Of a stretch of DNA of 64,000 nucleotides, positions 19,418 to 28,716 are shown in pieces (position 1 is the first letter of the stretch; each line of letters opens with the position of its first letter). This stretch comes from Sedimentisphaerales bacterium (GTDB taxonomy: Bacteria > Planctomycetota > Phycisphaerae > Sedimentisphaerales > SM23-30). The stretch is taken from assembly GCA_963663965.2 (NCBI GenBank), contig CAXXFK010000028.1, positions 480,001 through 544,000 of the forward strand, written 5' to 3'. The notes beneath the pieces were generated by a model. The model did no database searches. It was not told the origin of the DNA and saw only the letters and a list, made by a program, of their open reading frames with translations. A program made the position numbers and the translations under genes.

Positions 19418-20338
19418 ATGCAGGAAGTTTTAAATCAGCAGGGAGAAATCGAACAACAGCGTGATCCACGTGAGATCATTCAAATTTTTGAAAAAGCTGA
19501 AGATTTGCCGACATTGCCCGAAGTGGCCATCAGCTTACAGCGGACCGTGGATGATCCCTACAGTAGCGCCAAGGATGTTGCCAGAATAATCAGTGATGAT
19601 CCGGCCATTTCAACTCGGGTATTGCGGATGGTTAATTCGGTCTTCTATGCTCCCGCTCATGGCGAAGAGATCACAGAACTGCAACCGGCGATTGCCCGGT
19701 TGGGGTTTATAACGGTGACCAATATCGCACTTAGTACCAGTGTGTTCCATGCATTTGCCAAATCGCAATTGCCGATTTTTGATCGTCGTGAATTCTGGCG
19801 CCATTCAATTAGCGTTGGTATTATCACCTCAGTGTTATATGATTTTTGCACCAATAGTATTAACCAGCATATTACACGTGACATGGCGCATCTTGCTGGC
19901 ATTGTTCACGATATGGGAAAAATTCTGTTTGAGCGGTATGCGAACAAGGAATTTCACAAGGCGATCGAAAATTCCGCCCGGCTCGATATTCCGGTGGTAA
20001 AAGAAGAAAAACGCCTGATTGGTATGAGTCATGATGAGGCGGGCGCCTGGTTGGCCGAAAAATGGAATCTGGGCAAAGAAATTCAGGCAGTCGTCAGTTA
20101 TCATCATGATCCCTTGTCCTGTCCCGAATCGGAACTTCAGGGTTTGGTTAAATTGGTTCATATGGCCGATTATATCTGTCATAATCAGAAACTTGGCGAT
20201 AGTGGCAATCCCTGCGCAATCTATGATAAGCGTATTCGGGAAGAATTAAACCTGACCCCTGATAAAATCGGTGAGATTATGGATGTGGTTGAAGTTGAGG
20301 CGGCCAATTCCGAAGTATTACTGTCTTTGACCGATTAA
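19418..20338 (+). CDS. Stand-alone HDOD domain protein
   Basis: LPTLPEV, DPAISTRVL.MVNS, AIARLG, FWRHS, AGIVHDMGK, H..AGAWLAEKWNL, HH.P. Confidence 0.92.
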   Translation: MQEVLNQQGEIEQQRDPREIIQIFEKAEDLPTLPEVAISLQRTVDDPYSSAKDVARIISDDPAISTRVLRMVNSVFYAPAHGEEITELQPAIARLGFITVTNIALSTSVFHAFAKSQLPIFDRREFWRHSISVGIITSVLYDFCTNSINQHITRDMAHLAGIVHDMGKILFERYANKEFHKAIENSARLDIPVVKEEKRLIGMSHDEAGAWLAEKWNLGKEIQAVVSYHHDPLSCPESELQGLVKLVHMADYICHNQKLGDSGNPCAIYDKRIREELNLTPDKIGEIMDVVEVEAANSEVLLSLTD

Positions 20339-20375
20339 AAACAAGATTTTGTTTTTCGCTGAGGAGAAAACGAAT

Positions 20376-20407
20376 GCAAGAGTCGGAAATATTTTTCCGG
20401 CTCTTGT
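20376..20407 (+). terminator. Hairpin after the HDOD gene
   Basis: GCAAGAGTCGGAA...TTCCGGCTCTTGT. Confidence 0.55.
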
Positions 20408-20728
20408 AAATTATACGGTTGGGCGGCAAAATTATGAAATTCAAGGGGAACTGAAACGTTTATACAGATAACTTGTTTTGAAACAGGCCCTTGTGATGTG
20501 ATTTTTCGATCTTTCTCAATTATACGGGTTTTAACGATCAGATAAAATTTATTCGGTTTCGGCTTGAAGAAGACTCAATTTTTGTTTGTCGATTCGTAAC
20601 TTTCAGGTCTTATGTATTGTATAATATAACGTCAATAAATGGTAATGCCGGGTGTAATACATCCCAGCAACCTGCGACTAATGATTAGTTTGCTGTTGAA
20701 TGGACTGTAAATATATTTTCAGGGACAT

Positions 20729-21163
20729 ATGGAAAGAAAGGTTTGTAAGATGTCTGTTTACAGTGTATTAGAATTAACTCCCCAACAAGAGGCCGCATCC
20801 AGAGACGCCGCTATGCCGGCGTTACGCGGGTTGGCGTTTTTGTTTATTATTGCGGTTTGTTGTGATACTTTGAGTACCATCCATTTCATGACAATTCTTG
20901 GCCCGATGGGGCCCAGTTTTGAAATCAATCCGCTGTTTCGGCTGGCTGCGGTGGGTTATGGCAGCGTGGTGGGCCCTTTGCTATGTTGTTTATTTAAAAT
21001 TATCGCAGGTTTTTATGTGGCCTGGCGCCTGGGACGCTGGGCGCCTTATATGTTTATCACCGGAATCATTATTTCATTCTGGGCTGCGTGGTATAATATG
21101 TGGGGATGTTATATTGAGGAATATATTCCTGGTATATTGACGTGGAATTTCTGGGGTGTGTAA
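20729..21163 (+). CDS. Small membrane protein (DUF5658-like)
   Basis: D..ST...  E.NP motif and four hydrophobic segments. Confidence 0.65.
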   Translation: MERKVCKMSVYSVLELTPQQEAASRDAAMPALRGLAFLFIIAVCCDTLSTIHFMTILGPMGPSFEINPLFRLAAVGYGSVVGPLLCCLFKIIAGFYVAWRLGRWAPYMFITGIIISFWAAWYNMWGCYIEEYIPGILTWNFWGV

Positions 21164-21194
21164 CGAATTTCTTATGGTCTTGAGAATGAATGCG

Positions 21195-21230
21195 GAAACC
21201 TGAAAAAGCCTTTTTTTTCAGGTTTTCTTT
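21195..21230 (+). terminator. Intrinsic terminator
   Basis: AAACCTGAAAAA...TTTTTCAGGTTT followed by a T-rich tail. Confidence 0.65.
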
Positions 21231-21344
21231 TTGGGGTTTCTTTTCGGTCGGCGATATAATTCTTTTGAATAAAAAACCTGCCTGGATTTATTCCTTTAGG
21301 GTGGGTATCGAAAGAAATTTTATCCGCCATGAAAGGAGCCTGTT

Positions 21345-22502
21345 ATGTTGAATTTTGAATATCAAAATCCAGTACATATTATCTTTGGTCGAGATACAAT
21401 TGCCCGCCTGAACGATTTGATCGATGCCGAAAAAAAAGTAATGGTGGTTTATGGGGGAGGATCGATTAAACGCAATGGGGTCTATGATCAGGTGGTAAAG
21501 GCATTGGCCGGCCGATCCGTCGTTGAATTTGGTGGGATTGAGCCTAATCCTCAGTTTGCGACTTGCATGAAGGCAGTGAAGCAGGCTCAGGAAAGCGGAG
21601 TGGATTTTTTACTGGCAGTAGGGGGTGGGAGTGTGTTGGACGCGACGAAATTTATCGCGGCCGCGATGGTATATGAAGGGGCTGATCCGTGGGATATTTT
21701 AAGAACACATGGGCAGGAAGTCACCAGCGCGATCCCGATGGGCACGGTATTGACGTTACCAGCAACGGGTTCTGAGATGAACGCAAATTCGGTTATTTCA
21801 CGGGCCGAAACGGAAGAGAAATTGCATTTTACCAGTTCGGCAGTGTATCCGGAATTTTCGATTATGGATCCGCAAACGATTGCGAGTTTGCCGGAAAATC
21901 AGATACGGAATGGGATTGTTGACGCGTTTGTTCATGTGGTCGAGCAGTCGATTACGTATGAGGTAAATACACCTCTGCAGGATCGGCAGGCGATGGCAGT
22001 CCTTGCGACATTGGTACAGGTGGCGCCAGATTTGATGGCGGGCAGCAAGGATTACGATCTGCTGGCCAATTTTATGTGGGCGGCAACTCACGCGTTAAAC
22101 GGTGTGATTTCGTGTGGCGTGGTGGAAGACTGGTCAATCCATATGATCGGGCATGAGTTGACAGCATTTTATGGGGTGGCGCATGCCGAATCGTTGGCGA
22201 TTGTATTGCCGGGGGTGTGGGAACGTTGTTTTGAGAAGAAGAAAGAGAAACTTGCCAATCTGGCTGAGGCGTTATGGGGGGTTACGTCCGGCAGTGTGGA
22301 TGATAAAGCACAGGCGGCGATAGAAAAGACGGAAGCGTTTTTCCATGCTATCAAGATGCCGACCCGGTTGGGAGATTATGGGGTGAAGGCGGCCGATCTG
22401 GATAAATTGAAGGCCCGGTTTAATGAGCGTGGATTAACTTATGGAGAACAAGGCGATCTGGGACCGGAAGCCTGTGGGGAGATTGTGGCCGGCAGGCTGT
22501 AA
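21345..22502 (+). CDS. Iron-containing NAD(P)H-dependent alcohol/butanol dehydrogenase (YqhD/BdhA family)
   Basis: YGGGSIKRNG, GIEPNP, AVGGGSVLD, TLPATGSE, DW..HMIGHELTA.YG..HA. Confidence 0.93.
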   Translation: MLNFEYQNPVHIIFGRDTIARLNDLIDAEKKVMVVYGGGSIKRNGVYDQVVKALAGRSVVEFGGIEPNPQFATCMKAVKQAQESGVDFLLAVGGGSVLDATKFIAAAMVYEGADPWDILRTHGQEVTSAIPMGTVLTLPATGSEMNANSVISRAETEEKLHFTSSAVYPEFSIMDPQTIASLPENQIRNGIVDAFVHVVEQSITYEVNTPLQDRQAMAVLATLVQVAPDLMAGSKDYDLLANFMWAATHALNGVISCGVVEDWSIHMIGHELTAFYGVAHAESLAIVLPGVWERCFEKKKEKLANLAEALWGVTSGSVDDKAQAAIEKTEAFFHAIKMPTRLGDYGVKAADLDKLKARFNERGLTYGEQGDLGPEACGEIVAGRL

Positions 22503-22530
22503 CACTTTAATTGTCAACATGTTAGAATAA

Positions 22531-22561
22531 AAGGCTCCTGGAGATCATCTCCGGGAGCCTT
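22531..22561. terminator. Bidirectional terminator hairpin between convergent genes
   Basis: AAGGCTCCTGGAGA-tca-TCTCCGGGAGCCTT. Confidence 0.75.
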
Positions 22562-22589
22562 CTTATTGGGGGAGCGTTCTAGATCTCGT

Positions 22590-23909
22590 TCAGCCGCGGA
22601 TGCGGTTTTTGATACGGTTTTGAATATTCGATTTCAGCTCATCGAGTTTGGTTTTCTGTTCTTCAGTAAGCAGATCGAGGATGGCAGTTCGTGCCCGCTG
22701 GAGGAGTTGCCTTTTGGCTTCGGGGGTGTCGGCATTGGCCAGGGCTGCTTTGACGCGTTGCTGGAGATTCTGGATTTGCTGCTGTTGTGTTTCAGTGAGA
22801 TCAAGGCGTTTGAGTAACTGGAGAATATCCAGTCCGGCGGAGTTATCCTGGATACCCTGACGGATCCGGTCTTTGATCTGGTTTTCGATGCGGGCTTTCA
22901 TTGTTTCCAATTTTTGTTTTTGTTCTTCGGTTAGAATTGCCAGGATTTTTTCGTAGACCATTTCTTTGATAGCTTGTTTTTCTTCGGGGGTTTGAGCATC
23001 AGCGGCGGCGGTTCTGGCTTCCTGATGGATTTTGCCGATTTGAGTTTTCTGGTCATCGCTTAAAGCGAGTTTGTCTAACAATTGCCGAAGAGCTTCGCGA
23101 CGATCCGGCGGCGTCTGGGTATCTGGTTTATCCTGATCGGCTTTGAGTTCTTCGAGTCTGGCTTTTTGCTCTTCGGTTAAGAGCGCAAGGATGGCGTTAA
23201 AGGCTTTGGTCATCAGATCTTGCTTCGCTTCGGGAGTTTCGGCATTTGCGAGGGCGTTGCGCACACGTTGATGGATATTATGGATTTTTTCTTTCTGCTC
23301 ATCTGTCAGATCGAGTTGGCTGAGCAGGCGATGTAATCTGGCGATATCAGGGCGGTCCTGATGGGCGAGGCCGCGCAGTTCTTTGAGTTTTTGGATTTGT
23401 TCTGGGGTGAGGACGCCGATGGCTTCGGTTTTCATTCTTTCGAAAAGGTTCTGGATTTCTTCGCGAGTTTCGGCGGCGGCCATTTTATCGCGGTAATATA
23501 GTTTGATTTCTTCTAGTTTTTCGATCTGGTCGGTGGTGAGGTTGAGTTGTTCCAGTTGCTGCCAGTGGGCCTGGGCCAGCCGTTTGATTATCTGGAGGCG
23601 GTCCAGATTGGGGCGATCTGTGGTGTCGGGTTGGCCGTCGGGATTGATGATGGCGGCGATTTTCTGTTTCATTTCCTGAGAGAGGGCTCGTTTGGCCTGG
23701 GGTGTTTCGGCGGTCTGGATCTGGGGAAGGTATTCCGCTTTAATGGCTTCGATTTTCGCTTTTTGTTCGTCGGTCAGTTCGGGTAAGACGCGGGCACGAA
23801 TTGGATCCGTGTTGGTCTGGGCGGTTCTACGCGGGCGGACCTGGGCGGTAGCCAGGCTGGTGATGGCGAGGGATAAGATGAGGGTTAGAATGATGCGATT
23901 CGTTTTCAT
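22590..23909 (-). CDS. Periplasmic Spy/CpxP-like (LTxxQ repeat) protein
   Basis: Signal peptide, about five L.LT.EQ...A.TPE.K...ILT.EQK modules; GGAG RBS. Confidence 0.8.
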   Translation of the reverse strand: MKTNRIILTLILSLAITSLATAQVRPRRTAQTNTDPIRARVLPELTDEQKAKIEAIKAEYLPQIQTAETPQAKRALSQEMKQKIAAIINPDGQPDTTDRPNLDRLQIIKRLAQAHWQQLEQLNLTTDQIEKLEEIKLYYRDKMAAAETREEIQNLFERMKTEAIGVLTPEQIQKLKELRGLAHQDRPDIARLHRLLSQLDLTDEQKEKIHNIHQRVRNALANAETPEAKQDLMTKAFNAILALLTEEQKARLEELKADQDKPDTQTPPDRREALRQLLDKLALSDDQKTQIGKIHQEARTAAADAQTPEEKQAIKEMVYEKILAILTEEQKQKLETMKARIENQIKDRIRQGIQDNSAGLDILQLLKRLDLTETQQQQIQNLQQRVKAALANADTPEAKRQLLQRARTAILDLLTEEQKTKLDELKSNIQNRIKNRIRG

Positions 23910-24040
23910 TTTTTTCTCCTGTGATGGAGGGTGATTTTTGTTGTCCGGTTACCAAGATTACTGATTATTACAATTATAACGATGGCGGGTGGTGGCTCCT
24001 TCGGAAAATATCCAGGATTGGTTTGGGTGTTAAGTTTTAT

Positions 24041-24064
24041 CAGCGTGGGCGATGCCCACCCTAC
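24041..24064 (-). repeat. GTAG-type REP element
   Basis: Minus strand reads GTAG-GGTGGGC-atc-GCCCAC-gctg: a GTAG tetranucleotide followed by a palindrome. Confidence 0.65.
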
Positions 24065-24073
24065 CGTGATAAG

Positions 24074-24859
24074 TTAGTAGTGGCGGCATTGGAGGGTGGT
24101 GTCGGTTGGGGTGATTTGGGATGGTTTCGTTTGGGTTAATGGTGATAAGTCGTTGCTATAATTGGTTTTATAGTCGAAATTGTTGGTGTTGGGTTCGTTT
24201 GGCGTTGAGGGGTAGTTTCGATCATATTGGTTGGGAGTTGGGTTCCATGGATCGGGTTGGGATTCGCAGGGCTGGGAGTTGGGATTGCGGTGGTTATCAG
24301 TAGAAAACCTGGTTGAGTTGTTTATTGGTAAGTTGTTGTTATTGTTTGTGTTATGGTCGAATTTGCCGACTTTGGGTTCGTTTGGCATTGGTGGGGTTTC
24401 GGGTTGTTGGTCTGGTTCGGGGGTGGCGTTGGGGTCGCACTGAATGGCGGGGGTGATCTGGTAGCCGGCGTCGAAGAGGATGTTTTTGCAATTGTCGATA
24501 ATCTGCTGGTATTCTTTGTCATTGGGCGGGCCTTCGGGGATGAGGTCTTTGATGGGATCGGTGATTTTTATGAATTGCTGGATGAGTTGGGTGGTAGCGC
24601 GGCGGGCGGTGATGGTGTTGTCGGAGCGGGACTGGACGACGAGGCGTTGGAGGGCCTGGTGGCCGGCGCGGGTGGCGCGGAGTTTGAAGTCGCGGCGGTC
24701 GTAGGCCATGAGGCCGGCCAGTTCGCAATGGTAGGGGTAGGTGTCGATGATGTATTGGTGTTGGCGGCGGGTGGTGTTGATGGTGGCGAGGAAAATGTCA
24801 TCGATTTCGGGGCGGTGGTAGTATTGGGCACGGGCGAGAATTTGCATGGAACGATTCAT
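24074..24859 (-). CDS. Hypothetical protein with Asn/Pro-rich C-terminus encoded by 55-bp repeat elements
   Basis: 261-aa ORF with GAGGTGA RBS; C-terminal PNEP motifs coincide with the element copies. Confidence 0.6.
   Translation of the reverse strand: MNRSMQILARAQYYHRPEIDDIFLATINTTRRQHQYIIDTYPYHCELAGLMAYDRRDFKLRATRAGHQALQRLVVQSRSDNTITARRATTQLIQQFIKITDPIKDLIPEGPPNDKEYQQIIDNCKNILFDAGYQITPAIQCDPNATPEPDQQPETPPMPNEPKVGKFDHNTNNNNNLPINNSTRFSTDNHRNPNSQPCESQPDPWNPTPNQYDRNYPSTPNEPNTNNFDYKTNYSNDLSPLTQTKPSQITPTDTTLQCRHY
24146..24383 (-). repeat. Two further copies of the 55-bp element (24146-24200, 24329-24383)
   Basis: Minus strand AAACGAACCCAA-N18-TAA-N19-TTA in both; an extra half-box AAACGAAACCA at 24122-24132. 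Confidence 0.8.
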
Positions 24860-25047
24860 GGTTTCACCTCTTTTTCTGGAGACCTAATTAATAAAAAAAC
24901 CATTCTGAGTTTGACCGTTGGTGGCCGACTGTTGGGATTATAGGTTTTTGTTTGTTAAAAGTCAAAATAAAAATAATATTAAATACAAAAAATACATAAT
25001 ATAAGAAATTTTCACCATGAAGATACCATGAAGGGAAGAGGAAGAAT

Positions 25048-25620
25048 TAACGGCCGGTTTATCCGCAGATGGACGCAGATAAAAATAAGTTAAGATATTG
25101 AAATATAAGAAGATATAACCACGGAAAAACGCGGAAAGACACGGAAGAAAAGCAGGTGGCTGCGCCACGATTTAAATGGGTTATTACCACAGAGGTCAGG
25201 AGGGCACAGAGGATGAGGAGCAGGGAAGAATCAAAGCTTTTTAGACAGGATCACAGGATCAACAGGATTTAAGAAAAAGGGAATTCAAATAAAATATAAC
25301 GGGTGGTTTAACCGTGGATAAACGCAGATAAAAATTGAGTTAAATCATTAAAATAAAATAAGATAGAACCACGGAATACACGGAACACACGGAAGAAATC
25401 AGGGATAAGTTCAAGAAATATATCAAAAAGGTGAAAAAGAGTGGCTGGGACACGGGGTAATTTTTTTAAAGGCGGGGGTTTACCACAGAGGTTAGGAGGA
25501 CACAGAGGATCATGGCAGGGGGCTATTAAGGATAAGAGAAGAAAAATGCTTTTTAGACAGGATCACAGGATTGACAGGATTAAGAGAGAGGATTTGGGAT
25601 TTAATATAACGGCCGGATTA
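25048..25620 (+). repeat. Compound tandem repeat (about 2.1 units of 250-310 bp) built from iterated short motifs
   Basis: Same order in both units: (CGCAGAT)n, AACC(ACGGAA)x3, CCACAGAG..CACAGAG, TTTTAG(ACAGGAT)x3; units start at about 25048, 25297 and 25607. Confidence 0.85.
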
Positions 25621-26060
25621 GCTATTGATGTTAAATACATGTAACAATCTTGATATGCTTAAAATCAAACGAGTGTGGGTTGCCAGGTCCAATGAAAAAC
25701 AAAGAGCACTAGATTACAATTTTCCAGCACAATCACACCTATTTCCATTGCCAATTCCATGATAATCAGTTAGAATTACTTATATGGTCCCATAGAGGCG
25801 TGGACTAAAGTTACGTCTTAAAAAACAGTAACCATTTGTGTGGTCTGTAGATAGCGGCAATTTCGGTTATTTTGACAAGGTTGATTAAATAAAGATGAAT
25901 CGGTACCCGGTTACCAGTAAAGGGATTGTCGTTCCGGTGAGCTAAAAACGTTAGCTTCTGCTGAGATTTTTGGATAAAATCGCGTGAATACGGTCTATCC
26001 AGGCCGTTTAAGTTTTAAAGGTTCTGAGTATCAATTCAATCCAGAATTGCGAGGAAAACG

Positions 26061-27647
26061 ATGAAAAAGCTATTGGTTTTCGCTTTCGGTGTGTCGTTAC
26101 TTGTTACCAACATTCTTCAAGCTGAATTGCAGGGTTTGTGGGAGTTTGTTCCCGCGAGCGATCCGAATCTTATGCTCACGGCAACTATTGGTAATGATCT
26201 GGAACTGAGTACTGGAGGTACTCATACTTCTGTTGCCGGATTCGATCAGACCGATGGTGCGGTCCAGATTGGAGTGGGCAGCTACTTCATTTGTGACCAT
26301 GACATTGCGCCCAACGGCGGCAGCACTGGTTATGTCAACGAGTATTCATTACTGCTCGATATCATGTATCCGTTATCCAGTGCGGGTAAATGGATCTGTC
26401 TCTTTCAAACCAATTCGAACAATACCAACGATGGCGATTGTTTTATACGGTCAAGCGGCGGTGGCGTAACCGGCTCGGTGGGAGTGGCCGCGACTGGATA
26501 TTCCACTCAGGCAACCCAGGCCGGAAGATGGTATCGAGTGATCGTTTCGGTCGATAACGGCAGTTTCTACCGGATTTATGTTAATGGCGAGCTTTGGTTG
26601 GAAGGAGTGATCCAGAATATTAACGGACGCTTTGCGCTTGATCCGACGATATTGTTTTTCGCGGATGAAGATGGCGAGGACAACGACATCTGTGTCTCAA
26701 CACTGGCGATCTGGGACGAACCGCTCGATGAAACTATGGTTAGCACCCTGGGTGAGGCGGGTACGCCAGTGGGTGAAGTAGTGGGTTCGACGAGCGCGGC
26801 TTCGGTCACGCTGTTCGAAAAAAGCACAACACCGCAAACATTCAATCTGCAATTGACCGGTGACGCAGCGCCCACCGCTCCTGTGATCGTCACGGTCGAT
26901 CCCAATACCATACTGGGCAACGAAGGGGATTTTCAGTTGATCGCTCCGGGCCAGACCCAACCCGCACAACCCGGCGAACCGATTACCGTAACCTTTACTC
27001 CTGAAAACTGGCAGACACCGCAAATAATCGGGGTAGTGCCGGTTGACGATACCGAACTGGAAGGTATCGAGGAGGCAGGGGTCCGGTTTGTCGCAAGCAG
27101 CGCCGACAGTCACTTTGACGGAGGAATCGTACCCTTTGTCAAGGTTGTCATATATGATGACGAAAGCTCGGGATTTTTTGTGGCTCCTGTGGCAATCGAT
27201 GCAATCGAAAACGGTCCAGCCGCGACCTATTCGGTCGTGCTGACCGGAGTTCCATCGAGTTCAGTAACCATTTCAATCCAGGAATCGTCCACGCCGAATC
27301 GCGTCACGGTCGATCCGGCCACGCTGATCTTTAGCCCGGCCAATGCGGCGATCCCCCAGATTGTCAGTGTAACGGTCCCTGACGATACTGTCTATCAGGG
27401 CAAGACCTACACCACCGCCCTGGTGCACCAGGCCGCGTCGACCGATGAAAATTACGCCTTGCTGCCGGAGATCAACCTGCCGGTGACAATTTTCGACAAC
27501 GATTGCGGCGCCTGGGGATTCCTGCCTGCTGACCTGAATCACGATTGCCGGATCGATCTGGATGACATCGCCCTGTTGGCCGGCTCCTGGTTACATTGTA
27601 CCCAGCCGTTTGTCGCCGGATGCGACGAAGTATCCCTCACCGAATAA
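26061..27647 (+). CDS. Secreted LamG-like + Calx-beta/Ig-like + dockerin-like protein
   Basis: Signal peptide; LamG-like domain; FTPENWQTPQ..V..VDD...EG Calx-beta-like repeats; C-terminal ADLNHDC.IDLDD..LL...WL. Confidence 0.85.
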   Translation: MKKLLVFAFGVSLLVTNILQAELQGLWEFVPASDPNLMLTATIGNDLELSTGGTHTSVAGFDQTDGAVQIGVGSYFICDHDIAPNGGSTGYVNEYSLLLDIMYPLSSAGKWICLFQTNSNNTNDGDCFIRSSGGGVTGSVGVAATGYSTQATQAGRWYRVIVSVDNGSFYRIYVNGELWLEGVIQNINGRFALDPTILFFADEDGEDNDICVSTLAIWDEPLDETMVSTLGEAGTPVGEVVGSTSAASVTLFEKSTTPQTFNLQLTGDAAPTAPVIVTVDPNTILGNEGDFQLIAPGQTQPAQPGEPITVTFTPENWQTPQIIGVVPVDDTELEGIEEAGVRFVASSADSHFDGGIVPFVKVVIYDDESSGFFVAPVAIDAIENGPAATYSVVLTGVPSSSVTISIQESSTPNRVTVDPATLIFSPANAAIPQIVSVTVPDDTVYQGKTYTTALVHQAASTDENYALLPEINLPVTIFDNDCGAWGFLPADLNHDCRIDLDDIALLAGSWLHCTQPFVAGCDEVSLTE

Positions 27648-27661
27648 AACTTGTCAAAACG

Positions 27662-27697
27662 GGGTAACCTTTCCACTATGTTGTGGAAAGGTTGCCC
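27662..27697 (+). promoter_or_regulatory. Strong intergenic stem-loop inside the operon
   Basis: GGGTAACCTTTCCAC-tatgtt-GTGGAAAGGTTGCCC with no U tract. Confidence 0.6.
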
Positions 27698-27723
27698 TCA
27701 GTCCAATTACAGGAGAAACGAAA

Positions 27724-28479
27724 ATGCAACGCAAAACCGTATTTATGCTTGTATTGCTGACTTTGCCTCTCACTATTTCAGCAACCACCCTGCCAGTCGC
27801 TCTCTGGCAATTCGACAATGCCGATCAGTTGGGCCAGGCTACCCTGGGCGAGGATCTAGTTCTCACCGGAACGGCCGATGCCGTGGCAGGAATAGCTGAT
27901 GGCGATGGCGCCGCGCGAATTGGTGTGGGTAGTTATTTCACCGCCGCTAATACCGTTGGCCCCAATGGTGGCGACGGTTCAGCGGAATACACCAACCAAT
28001 GGACCCTGCTCTATGATATCAAATTTCCCCTGTCCGAAAGTTATAGCAGCTTGTTTCAGACCCAGCCGGCTAACTCCAACGATGGCGACCTGTTCACGCG
28101 ATCCAGTGGCGCTCTGGGTGTTGGCGCCACCGGTTATGCCGCGGCAGGCACACTCCAGGCCGACACCTGGTATCGGCTGATTGTGCGGGCTGATAACGGC
28201 AACCTCTTCCAACTCTGGCTGGATGGTCAGAAAGTACTGGAAGGAACTTCACAGGGAGTCGATGGCCGGTTTGGTCTGGAAGACACCTTTCTGCTGTTTG
28301 CTGACAATGATGGCGAAGAGGAGCCGGTCGATGTGTCCCTGATCGCTTTTTGGGGTGAAACCCTCACCGAAAACCAGATAAGCGAACTGGGTACTGCCGG
28401 TGTTCCGGTCCCCGAACCGGCCTCACTCAGTTTGTTGATCCTGGGCGCCGCCAGTTGTCTGCGCCGGGGCAAACGTTAA
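27724..28479 (+). CDS. LamG-like domain protein with PEP-CTERM sorting signal
   Basis: ATG 27724 with AGGAG RBS, signal peptide, C-terminal VPEPASLSLLILGAASCLRRGKR. Confidence 0.9.
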   Translation: MQRKTVFMLVLLTLPLTISATTLPVALWQFDNADQLGQATLGEDLVLTGTADAVAGIADGDGAARIGVGSYFTAANTVGPNGGDGSAEYTNQWTLLYDIKFPLSESYSSLFQTQPANSNDGDLFTRSSGALGVGATGYAAAGTLQADTWYRLIVRADNGNLFQLWLDGQKVLEGTSQGVDGRFGLEDTFLLFADNDGEEEPVDVSLIAFWGETLTENQISELGTAGVPVPEPASLSLLILGAASCLRRGKR

Positions 28480-28557
28480 TCTGTAAGAGCATACATTGAT
28501 TGGACATTTAACGCTAATTGATTAATATCTCAGATCTGAGTTGATGACATTTTTTAA

Positions 28558-28585
28558 GCCGGCTGCCAATAACGTGGCAGCCGGC
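28558..28585 (+). terminator. Hairpin after the PEP-CTERM gene
   Basis: GCCGGCTGCCA-ataacg-TGGCAGCCGGC. Confidence 0.6.
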
Positions 28586-28592
28586 CTGAATT

Positions 28593-28695
28593 TATACCCA
28601 ATGGGTATGAAAATTCCTGATCGCTCGCAAGATAAGTTTTTACTCGTGTAGAACTTATATCACGACCCAGCGGGCATTTTCAATGGTAAGCAGTA
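28593..28695. repeat. About 103-bp dispersed repeat (MITE-like), copy 1
   Basis: Near-identical to 44892-44994 (TATACCCAATGGGTATGAAAATTCCTGATCGCTCGCAAGATAAGTT...GTAAGCAGTA). Confidence 0.85.
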
Positions 28696-28716
28696 CCTAT
28701 ATGGAGAAGAAATAGA

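Noticed and set aside
24353..24943. 196-aa Gly/Val-rich plus-strand ORF
   Set aside because: Antisense to 24074-24859, which has the RBS; composition typical of a shadow frame.
25048..25620. CRISPR array
   Set aside because: No constant repeat with uniform-length unique spacers; the motifs differ within a unit; no cas genes in the window.
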